From an uncultured Candidatus Saccharibacteria bacterium (GTDB taxonomy: Bacteria; Patescibacteriota; Saccharimonadia; Saccharimonadales; Saccharimonadaceae), in assembly GCA_964572775.1 (NCBI GenBank), contig CAZNEX010000003.1:2400-66399 (forward strand): a DNA stretch of 64,000 nt, given 5' to 3'. Under the pieces are notes generated by a model. It saw only the letters and a program-made list of their open reading frames with translations, ran no database searches and was not told where the DNA came from. The position numbers were made by a program, and so were the translations under genes. Shown here piece by piece: positions 26,744 through 35,294 of this stretch (the stretch's first letter is position 1; the number at the start of each line of letters is the position of its first letter).

Positions 26744-27727
26744 ATGAGTGGAAAAATACCAAAAATCCTAACAATCGGCGCTGCCGTTCAAGATGTTTTT
26801 TTGAGCAATAGCGAAGAGTTCGTTGCAGTTTGTAAAAATCCTGAAGAATGTTTTATGGAACTAACTTTGGGTGCAAAAGCCGATGTCAACAAAGTTAATT
26901 TCTGTACAGGCGGCGGTGCGACTAATGCTGCTGTTACTTTCGCTAGGCAAGGTCTTCGAGCTGAATTTATTGGGGCAGTCGGTGATGATCCAGCTGCACA
27001 AGCAGTACTGGCTGATCTTGATAAAGAAGGTGTCGACACTAGCCGTGTGACAGTTTCGAAACGTTACAATACGGGCTATTCGGTTTTGCTTTTGGCGCCA
27101 AATGGCGAACGTACTATTCTGACTTATCGCGGCGCTAGTACGCATTACCAAGTTGATGATTTTGCGATTGCCGATGCCGACGCTGATTGGCTTTATTTAT
27201 CGAGTATGTCAGGCAAGATGGATGTACTAGACCAAATTTTGGTTGAAGCCAAGCAACAAGGCATGAAAGTTATGTTCAATCCAGGTAAAGGCGAGCTCAA
27301 GCAAATGGACCGTTTGAAACCACTACTTGATGATATCGATATCCTCTTGGTCAACCGCGAAGAAATGAAGATGATTGTCCACGGCGAAGATTTGGAAGAA
27401 CTAGTGCTGCACGGGTTGAACTTAGTGCCAGTAGTGATTGTGAGCGATGGTCCTAACGGTGTGGTTGCGAGCGACGGACAGACAATAGTGCGCGCTGGAA
27501 TGTACGAGGATGTCAAAGTGCTTGATCGAACTGGTGCTGGTGACGCTTTTGGCTCTGGGTTTTTGAGTCAGTACGCCCAAGGTAAAAGCCTCAAACAGTC
27601 AATCATTTTTGCTAGTGCCAATTCGACTTCAGTTGTTACAAAAATCGGCGCCAAAACAGCAATTTTGCACAAAGATGTTAAATTGCACGACATGCCAATC
27701 CAAGAAAAGAAAGTCAAGGCCGTTTAA
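26744..27727 (+). CDS. PfkB-family carbohydrate/nucleoside kinase (ribokinase-like)
   Basis: GGGATNAA N-terminal motif and DRTGAGDAFGSGF C-terminal signature. TATACT lies 6 nt upstream of the ATG. Confidence 0.85.
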   Translation: MSGKIPKILTIGAAVQDVFLSNSEEFVAVCKNPEECFMELTLGAKADVNKVNFCTGGGATNAAVTFARQGLRAEFIGAVGDDPAAQAVLADLDKEGVDTSRVTVSKRYNTGYSVLLLAPNGERTILTYRGASTHYQVDDFAIADADADWLYLSSMSGKMDVLDQILVEAKQQGMKVMFNPGKGELKQMDRLKPLLDDIDILLVNREEMKMIVHGEDLEELVLHGLNLVPVVIVSDGPNGVVASDGQTIVRAGMYEDVKVLDRTGAGDAFGSGFLSQYAQGKSLKQSIIFASANSTSVVTKIGAKTAILHKDVKLHDMPIQEKKVKAV

Positions 27728-29232
27728 TGTCACGTTTAGCAGAGCTTCTAGGACACGATCATCCGCTGTTTGTGGCGAATGTTGCAGCCATGGAAAAATC
27801 AGCTGGCAATGCAGGCATAGATATCAAACTAATAGCCGATATTACTAGAGCAGGCCATGATACGATGCGCCAACTGGGGCTAGACACTGCCGACACGACG
27901 CCAGACGAATTATTTCAGGCTCTAAATTCTGCCGTCAAAGCTGGCCGTGGTGACCTGTTTTTTGACACCAAGTACGTGATTGTTAATGTAGGTGGCGAAG
28001 CCATTTCGCTAAACGAAAAAGACATTCAGGCCAACATTGATCAGGATCGATATTTTAATGAGCGTAGCCTAGAACATGCCAGACGCCAATTACGTTCAGA
28101 GCTGATTAAACGCTATGCCGATCACGAAAGAACCAATAACAAGACAATCAATAATCTTGCTCGAGAAGCTGGGCTTCAGCTCGATAAAGACAGCGACAAC
28201 AGTTCAGTGAAGGAGGATAGAAATCTGAAAAACACAAATGCACCATTGGTCTTGTGCATTGGCGACATTGTTACCAATGCATTTATAAAATTGTCAGAAG
28301 ATTATGCCGAATCTTACACCGATGACAAAGGCTACAAGCGATTGAGTTTTGAACTGGGCGCTAAGTTACCATATGACGAAGTTGAGATCGTAAAATCGGT
28401 TGAATGCAGCCCAAATGCAGCAGTTTCGATGAGCCGTATCGGACTGCGTACTAGCTTGATGTCATGGCTGGGCGATGACGAAGCTGGACGCGGTATGCGT
28501 ACCTATCTCAATGACCAAGCTGTAGATACCAGAAATCTGGTGGTTGAGCGCGGTGTTAAGTCTAACTATCATTATGTTTTGCGCTATGGTGCCGATCGGA
28601 CAAAGTTTCAGAAGTTTGAAGACTATGCTTATCATTGGAAAGAGCCTGTCGAAAAGCCAGACTGGATTTATTTAGGTGTTTTGGGTGAAAAAACTTGGTT
28701 ATTGCACGAGGCGATACTAGATTATCTCGATAAAAATCCAGAAATTCGTTTGGCATTCCAACCAGGCATGTACCACTTGATGTGGGGGGCCGAAAAGATG
28801 AAAGCTTTTTATCAAAGAGCAGAGGTTGTTGTGCTCAACCGTGAAGAAGCAGCTCAGGTAACGGGCAAAGATCGTGCCGATATTAAGGTATTGCTTCAGG
28901 CCATGCATGATCTTGGAGTCAATGTGCCAATTATCACCGATGGCGCCGATGGAGCATACGCGTCTGATGGTAAGAGCCAGTACAAGATGCCAAATTATCC
29001 AGATATTGCACCGCCAGTAGATCGAACTGGCGCTGGAGATGCTTTTGCGAGCACACTCGTGGCGGCTTTGGCACTCGGTCATTCGCTAGATGTTGCCATG
29101 ACTTGGGCGCCGATTAACAGTATGAATGTTTTGCAGCATCTTGGCGCTCAGGCTGGACTACAGACTTTGCCACAAATCGAAGAATGGCTTAAAAAAGCGC
29201 CGTCTGATTACAAACCGCAGCCGATCGAATAA
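27727..29232 (+). CDS. PfkB-family kinase with an unassigned N-terminal domain of about 170 aa
   Basis: C-terminal DRTGAGDAFASTLV signature and a ribokinase-like core from about residue 175. I could not assign the N-terminal region. TAATG coupling to the upstream kinase gene. Confidence 0.75.
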   Translation: MSRLAELLGHDHPLFVANVAAMEKSAGNAGIDIKLIADITRAGHDTMRQLGLDTADTTPDELFQALNSAVKAGRGDLFFDTKYVIVNVGGEAISLNEKDIQANIDQDRYFNERSLEHARRQLRSELIKRYADHERTNNKTINNLAREAGLQLDKDSDNSSVKEDRNLKNTNAPLVLCIGDIVTNAFIKLSEDYAESYTDDKGYKRLSFELGAKLPYDEVEIVKSVECSPNAAVSMSRIGLRTSLMSWLGDDEAGRGMRTYLNDQAVDTRNLVVERGVKSNYHYVLRYGADRTKFQKFEDYAYHWKEPVEKPDWIYLGVLGEKTWLLHEAILDYLDKNPEIRLAFQPGMYHLMWGAEKMKAFYQRAEVVVLNREEAAQVTGKDRADIKVLLQAMHDLGVNVPIITDGADGAYASDGKSQYKMPNYPDIAPPVDRTGAGDAFASTLVAALALGHSLDVAMTWAPINSMNVLQHLGAQAGLQTLPQIEEWLKKAPSDYKPQPIE

Positions 29233-29237
29233 GTTAC

Positions 29238-29990
29238 TTAGCGAGCGTGCGAAGCACTGTGCGTCTTAGAGATGGCTGGGTCGTAGTTGCAGTAAGTTGT
29301 ACTAGCTAGTATTTCTTGAACGACGTCATCAATATCGTCTGTGATGCGGTAAAGTTGCTCATCGCCCTCAGAAATAGTACCTTGTGCCAGCATGGTGTTT
29401 TTGACAAAATCATCAAAGAAGTGCCAGAAATCTGAGCCGATCAATATAATTGGCACACGGATTGTTTTACCTGTTTGGATCAAGGTTAGGATCTCGGTTA
29501 GTTCATCAAGAGTCCCAAAACCGCCCGGAAAGTATACATAAGCTTCGGCATAAAGCGTCATAACGATTTTGCGCGGCGCAAAATGCTGAAATTCATATGA
29601 TTCTGTGGCATAGGGATTGAGCGTTTGTTCGTGAGGCAATTTGATATTGAAGGCAATTGATTCACCCCCAGCTTTTCGAGCACCTTTTTGGACAGCCGTG
29701 TGGGCGCCTTTGTTGGCTGCACTCATAATTCCAAAACCGCCCCCAGAAACAATAGCGTATCCATGATTGGCAAGAGTTTCCGAGAGCTTAACAGCTTTCT
29801 CGTAATATGGATCATTTTCTGGCGTGCGCGCCGATCCAAAAATAGTAACAGTTTTGTGATACTTGCGCAAAATATTGTAACCAGCTTGGATTTCTTTATC
29901 GATATCGCCAAGACGCAGCATCGCCGCTTGCATCAAGATATCACGCGGTATGCATGAAGCTGGAATATTGTCGGTTGGTTTTGGTTTCAT
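29238..29990 (-). CDS. LOG-family (TIGR00730-type) nucleotide 5'-monophosphate nucleosidase
   Basis: SGGGFGIMSAAN and PGGFGTLDE signatures. Confidence 0.85.
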   Translation of the reverse strand: MKPKPTDNIPASCIPRDILMQAAMLRLGDIDKEIQAGYNILRKYHKTVTIFGSARTPENDPYYEKAVKLSETLANHGYAIVSGGGFGIMSAANKGAHTAVQKGARKAGGESIAFNIKLPHEQTLNPYATESYEFQHFAPRKIVMTLYAEAYVYFPGGFGTLDELTEILTLIQTGKTIRVPIILIGSDFWHFFDDFVKNTMLAQGTISEGDEQLYRITDDIDDVVQEILASTTYCNYDPAISKTHSASHAR

Positions 29991-30145
29991 AAGGTTTGAA
30001 TATATTCTAGCACAGTTATTGATGTTTTGCTTATGTTTCTATGGGCCATACTTGGCGCAGCGAATAAATACATTTTATAGAAAGCCAAGTCTTGCATGAA
30101 TTTTTGCGGGAGCGCACCTAGCTACACGTAGTATAATAAGTCTAG

Positions 30146-32113
30146 ATGAACAATCGATTTCGACTTAATTCTCAGTATCAACCAACTCGTGATCAGCCAA
30201 CAGCAATCCAGACGCTAAAATCTGGTCTTGATTCGGGCGTTGGTCAACAGACCCTTTTAGGAGTGACTGGTAGCGGTAAGACTTTTACAATGGCAAATTT
30301 GATTGCGGCCGAAAATAAGCCGACTTTGATTTTGGCGCACAACAAAACTTTGGCTGCGCAGCTTTATAGCGAGTTCAAAAGTTTTTTTCCTGATAACGAA
30401 GTTCATTATTTTGTAAGCTACTTCGACTATTATCAGCCAGAGGCCTATATTGCATCGAGCGATACATATATTGAAAAAGATTCAAAAATCAATGAAGAGA
30501 TTGATCGTCTGCGCCATGCCGCTACTAGTGCGCTGTTGACGCGGCGAGATGTTATCATTGTGGCGAGTGTCAGCTGTATTTATGGTATTGGCTCGCCCGA
30601 TAGCTACGAACTGATGTCGATTTTGGTGAAACAGGGCGAAAGACGCGTTCGTGATAAGCTGTTGCGCCAACTGACTGATATTCAGTATTCACGCAACGAC
30701 ATCGACTTTCATCGCGGTGCATTTCGTGTCAAAGGCGATGTTGTTGATGTTTTTCCTGCGGGACAAGATAGCGCTTTTCGTCTTGAGTTTTTTGGCGATG
30801 AAGTCGAGCGTATCACGCAAATCGATCCATTGACTGGTGAAATCATTAGTACACCGAGCCAAGTTCATATTTTTCCAAGTAGCCACTATGTGACGCCAAA
30901 AGAACGGGTTGATCACGCGCTGGTAGGTATCAAAAAAGAGCTCGAAGAGCGGCTAGCTTGGTTCGAATCGAACGGCAAATTACTAGAAGCTCAGCGGCTG
31001 GCGCAGCGTACCAAATATGATATCGAGATGCTTGAAGAAACTGGTTTCGTAAAAGGCATCGAAAACTATTCTCGCTACCTAACCAGTCGCGAGCCAGGTG
31101 AACAACCAGCTACTTTGCTTGATTATTATCCGGACGATTGGTTGATGTTTATCGATGAAAGCCATGTGACGCTGCCCCAAGTGCGTGGTATGTATAACGG
31201 TGATCGAGCCCGAAAAGAAGTTTTGGTTGAACATGGTTTTCGTTTGCCCTCGGCACTAGACAATCGGCCACTGCGGTTTGAAGAATTTCAAAAGCATATC
31301 AATCGTGTTATATATGTGTCGGCGACGCCAGGCGATTACGAACTCGATAATTCACCAGCACCAGCCGAGCAGGTTATTCGTCCGACGGGCTTGCTTGATC
31401 CGAAAATTGAAATTCGTCCAAGTGACCATCAAGTCGATAATCTTATTGATGAAATTCATCAGCGTATCGAAAAATCGCAACGCGTTTTGGTGACAACTTT
31501 GACCAAACGCATGGCCGAAGATTTAACAACCCATCTTCAAGAATTAGGTATCAAAACAGCTTATATTCATAGTGAAGTCGACACGCTGGAACGCGGCGAT
31601 ATATTGCGTGACTTACGCGCTGGAGTCTACGATGTTTTAGTAGGCATTAACTTGCTACGTGAAGGTCTCGACTTGCCAGAAGTCAGTTTGGTGGCAATTA
31701 TTGACGCTGATAAAGAAGGTTTTTTGCGTAGCGAATCATCATTGATCCAAACAATCGGACGAGCGGCTCGGCATGAAGAAGGTCAGGTTATTATGTACGC
31801 CGATAGAATAACCCGTTCGATGCAGGCGGCAATCGACGAAACAAATCGTCGCCGCAGTATTCAACAAGCCTACAATCAGCAGCACAACATAACGCCTCGT
31901 TCGATTGCTAAGGCGATTGACGAAGGATTAAGAGCGATCATTCCTGAAAAAGACAAAACTCCAAAAATTAATTTAGCAAAAATTCCTAAAGACGAATACG
32001 CCAGCTTGATCGACGACCTTAGTGCTCAGATGGAGCTTGCAAGCGCTAATCTAGAGTTTGAAAAGGCAGCAGAACTACGTGATTTGATTAGTGATATTCG
32101 CGCAAAAATGTAG
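30146..32113 (+). CDS. uvrB: excinuclease ABC subunit B
   Basis: GVTGSGKTF Walker A, helicase motifs and a C-terminal UVR domain ([11 protein letters not shown]). TATAAT lies 8 nt upstream of the ATG. Confidence 0.97.
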   Translation: MNNRFRLNSQYQPTRDQPTAIQTLKSGLDSGVGQQTLLGVTGSGKTFTMANLIAAENKPTLILAHNKTLAAQLYSEFKSFFPDNEVHYFVSYFDYYQPEAYIASSDTYIEKDSKINEEIDRLRHAATSALLTRRDVIIVASVSCIYGIGSPDSYELMSILVKQGERRVRDKLLRQLTDIQYSRNDIDFHRGAFRVKGDVVDVFPAGQDSAFRLEFFGDEVERITQIDPLTGEIISTPSQVHIFPSSHYVTPKERVDHALVGIKKELEERLAWFESNGKLLEAQRLAQRTKYDIEMLEETGFVKGIENYSRYLTSREPGEQPATLLDYYPDDWLMFIDESHVTLPQVRGMYNGDRARKEVLVEHGFRLPSALDNRPLRFEEFQKHINRVIYVSATPGDYELDNSPAPAEQVIRPTGLLDPKIEIRPSDHQVDNLIDEIHQRIEKSQRVLVTTLTKRMAEDLTTHLQELGIKTAYIHSEVDTLERGDILRDLRAGVYDVLVGINLLREGLDLPEVSLVAIIDADKEGFLRSESSLIQTIGRAARHEEGQVIMYADRITRSMQAAIDETNRRRSIQQAYNQQHNITPRSIAKAIDEGLRAIIPEKDKTPKINLAKIPKDEYASLIDDLSAQMELASANLEFEKAAELRDLISDIRAKM

Positions 32114-32146
32114 TATAATGAAGCCACTAAATCTGGAGGTATCAGT

Positions 32147-33148
32147 ATGGTAAAACTAGAAAACTCGAAAAAAACAAAGCTTGGCACTCGGCTGCATGCG
32201 ACTAATTCATTTAGTATTGAGCTAATTTTGGCTATGGTCGGCATATCGGCAGCAGCGGTTGCACTTGATGTGCTTGTTGGCGGCTTGATGTCGTATATCT
32301 ACAATGGTTTTAGCTTGCAAAAAAGTGCGTTATTGGATGGACCACTGTTGTTTATGGTGGCAGCAATGCTGATATGGCTGCCTGTTGCTGCTGTATTATA
32401 TTTGCGTAGTCGCTCTGACTTAGATAAGCAAAGTTTTCGACAGCGAAACTTTTTCAAAATTTTTAATACCGCTTTTTGTTGTGTGCATTTACTAGCAGCA
32501 GTTGGCTTATTAATTGCCGCATTTGCGACGGCACTATATTTTAGTTTTAATAACGCCGCCAATATGACATGGAGCCAGTTGCTTGTAACGCACAGCTTGC
32601 CAGTCGTGCTCGCCTCGATGGTGCATGTTTTTGTTGCGATGGCATTTTCACGCCGCATCAAAATGAAACGATTTTTATCGGTCTTTTTTGGCCTTTGCTT
32701 AGCATTGACACTAATTATGCTTTTTGTTCTTTTGGCGGGATCTGGATCGGTAAAACACGATAGGCAAAAAGCCAATGATTTGTCACTCCTTCAGACTTCT
32801 ATCAATCAATACTACACTAAAAATAGTAGCCGTCTACCTGATGATATTAATCAGCTTGACTTAAAAGACCAGTCACTCAGTCAATCGCTCGCTAACTATA
32901 CTTATAGCAAAAAAACTGATCAAGCCTATGAACTTTGTGCAGATTTTGCCACGAATACGATTGAAACTGGCAATATGACTAAGGCCATGCGCGCGCCAGA
33001 TAGCTACGAATATTACGGTGATTTTACAAAGCACCCAAAAGGACGCCATTGCTATAACTTGGCTGTTTATTCGCCGCTACTGCCAGAAGTTCCTGCTAGC
33101 GATCTGCCAGTCAACGGCAGCGGTATGGAGCCAGCCTCTGCTTATTAA
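32147..33148 (+). CDS. polytopic membrane protein with a C-terminal type IV pilin-like globular domain
   Basis: About five TM helices; the first resembles a prepilin helix (SFSIELILAMVGI). The exported domain NDLSLLQTSINQYYTKNSSRLPDDI...YELCADF...RHCYNL resembles pilin head-domain patterns. GGAGG Shine-Dalgarno. Confidence 0.5.
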   Translation: MVKLENSKKTKLGTRLHATNSFSIELILAMVGISAAAVALDVLVGGLMSYIYNGFSLQKSALLDGPLLFMVAAMLIWLPVAAVLYLRSRSDLDKQSFRQRNFFKIFNTAFCCVHLLAAVGLLIAAFATALYFSFNNAANMTWSQLLVTHSLPVVLASMVHVFVAMAFSRRIKMKRFLSVFFGLCLALTLIMLFVLLAGSGSVKHDRQKANDLSLLQTSINQYYTKNSSRLPDDINQLDLKDQSLSQSLANYTYSKKTDQAYELCADFATNTIETGNMTKAMRAPDSYEYYGDFTKHPKGRHCYNLAVYSPLLPEVPASDLPVNGSGMEPASAY

Positions 33149-33186
33149 CTGGCGGCTTTAGTTCGGTTTTGTTATACTAATAAGCA

Positions 33187-33474
33187 ATGACAACAATAGT
33201 AAACGATGACGTAAGGCAACTTGCTGCTCTAAGTGCGATTGATCTTTCTGATGATGAAATCAGCGCGCTGCAGCATGATATCGACAACATCCTAGGCTAC
33301 GTTAAAAAACTAGACGAGCTAGATACTGATGGCGTCGAGCCGACCTATCAGGTGACAGATCTTGAAAACGTTTGGCGCGAAGATGAAGTCGAAGAATCGC
33401 CAGTATTAGATAAGCTCCTAGAACTAGCGCCTGAACACGCTAAGCAACAGATCAAGGTACCAAAAGTATTATGA
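33187..33474 (+). CDS. gatC: Asp/Glu-tRNA amidotransferase subunit C
   Basis: 95 aa with a typical GatC pattern (VRQLAALSAIDLSDDEI...VEPTYQV). ATGA overlap with gatA. Confidence 0.9.
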   Translation: MTTIVNDDVRQLAALSAIDLSDDEISALQHDIDNILGYVKKLDELDTDGVEPTYQVTDLENVWREDEVEESPVLDKLLELAPEHAKQQIKVPKVL

Positions 33475-34874
33475 GCCAGATTTCTGCAATTGTCAGCCAG
33501 GTTATTTCTGGTCAAAAAACCGCTAGGCAGTGTGTAGAAGAAGCTTTAGCCAAAGCTGACTCTACTAAAGAATTCCATGCTTTATTGAGCTTGACTGACA
33601 AACGCGCCTTGGAGCGGGCTGATGAGATTGATGCTGATATTCGTAGTGGTAAACCGGCTGGTCGCTTAGCTGGTGTGCCATTTGTGGCCAAAGATAATTT
33701 CTTGGCATTTGGTGCGCCAACAACTGCGGCAGCAAAAATTTTGGAAAATTTTGAAGCACCAATTCAGGCAACGGCTATCGAAAAGCTAGAGGCCGAAGGC
33801 GCCATTTGTATTGGAAAGGCTAATCTTGATGCTTTTGCGCATGGCGGCAGCACCGAAAACTCAGCTTACGGCGTAACGCATAATGCTTTTTATCAAACAT
33901 GAGTTGCCGGTGGTGCATCAGGCGGTTCGGCTGTTGTGACTGCGCTTGATGTTGTGCCTTTTGCGCTCGGTACTGATACTGGCGGTTCAATTCGTCAACC
34001 AGCTAGTTTTAATGGCGTTTACGGTATGAAGCCTACATATGGCGCTGTTAGTCGCTACGGCGTTGTGGCGATGGCTAGCAGTACCGATACGATTGGTTGT
34101 TTTGCGCAATCCTCAGAAGATGTTCGGTTAGTTATGGATGTGATGGCAGGCAAAGACAAGCGCGATATGACGACTATCGACCAAGTCTCGTACACCGATC
34201 AAGATATCAACAAACTACGCATTGGCGTTATTGCCGAGACAATGACAGATGATGTGCAGTCAACTGTTCGCCAGGCGATCGAGCAAATGGCTAGAAAACT
34301 AGCTGGCCTTGGCCATAAAGTTGACCAAGCAAACTTGCCGATGATGGAGTACGCCTTAGCGATCTATTATATTGTTGTGCCAGCCGAAATAACCAGTAAT
34401 TTAGCGCGTTATGACGGCGTACGGTTCGGACGTCGAGCAGCCGACATCAAGTCACTAGCGCAGATGTATGGGCATAGTCGCAATCAGGGTTTTGTGACTG
34501 AAAATAAACGTCGAATTATGATCGGCAGCTATGTTTTATCGAGTGGATATTTTGACGCTTATTATCTCAAAGCACAAAAAGCTCGAACCTTATTGATTAA
34601 TCAGTACAATGATTTGTTTGAAAAATTTGATATTTTACTGACGCCAACTGCGCCGACAACGGCCTTTGGGATTGGTGAAAATAGCGCCGATCCTATCAAG
34701 ATGTACTTAGCTGACATTATGACTGTACCGCCAAGTTTGGCAGGTTTACCAGCGCTCAGTGTACCGGTTGGCAAGGATGAAAATGGTCTGCCGATTGGTG
34801 CGCAGCTGATTGCCCCAAGAGGTGCAGATGGCATGTTGTTAAGCTTAGCTAAACAATTGGAGCAGGCTTCATAA
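33471..34874 (+). pseudogene. gatA: Asp/Glu-tRNA amidotransferase subunit A, interrupted by an in-frame TGA at 33900-33902
   Basis: ORFs 33471-33902 and 33936-34874 share one frame. The read-through peptide ...[20 protein letters not shown]...[12 protein letters not shown] is a contiguous amidase signature. Confidence 0.85.
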
Positions 34875-35293
34875 TGACAGAGCCAATCATATTTTTAGTG
34901 GCGTCAGGACTTATCGGATTGTTGATACTTGGTTTTGTGGTTGTGCTGAGCCGTCGAAACCATAAATCACTCGATGTTGTTTATTATCGTAAAAGGTGGC
35001 AGACTATAGAAGATTCAATTGATAAAACAAACTTGCCGAGTTTAGCGCTAGCAGTATTGAATGCCGATAAACTTGTCGATCAAGCAATGCAGCAAAAAAA
35101 CTACAAAGGTACAACGATGGGCGAGCGTCTTAAGAGCTCAAAAGGTCAGTGGACCAATGAAAATGCTCTTTGGACTGCTCATAAGATACGTAATAAGATT
35201 GCTCATGAACCCGAGGCCAACTTGACATACGACTTAACAAAGCAAGCACTAGCGGCCTTTCGGCAAGCTCTAAAAGATCTGGGAGCATTATAA
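34874..35293 (+). CDS. membrane-anchored HEPN-like (DUF4145-like) protein
   Basis: N-terminal TM helix followed by an all-helical domain ending in AHKIRNKIAHE (R-N-x3-H, the HEPN Rx4-6H motif). TAATG overlap with gatA, and it stops 1 nt before gatB. Confidence 0.5.
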   Translation: MTEPIIFLVASGLIGLLILGFVVVLSRRNHKSLDVVYYRKRWQTIEDSIDKTNLPSLALAVLNADKLVDQAMQQKNYKGTTMGERLKSSKGQWTNENALWTAHKIRNKIAHEPEANLTYDLTKQALAAFRQALKDLGAL

Positions 35294-35294
35294 A

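Noticed and set aside
33900-33902. The TGA in gatA as evidence for an alternative genetic code (TGA = Gly or Trp, as in some CPR lineages and Mollicutes).
   Set aside because: TGA terminates many well-delimited genes in this window (ORF 11-535, pheS, cyoA, cyoB, gatC, gatB) at positions matching normal protein lengths and operon junctions. Global reassignment is therefore not supported.
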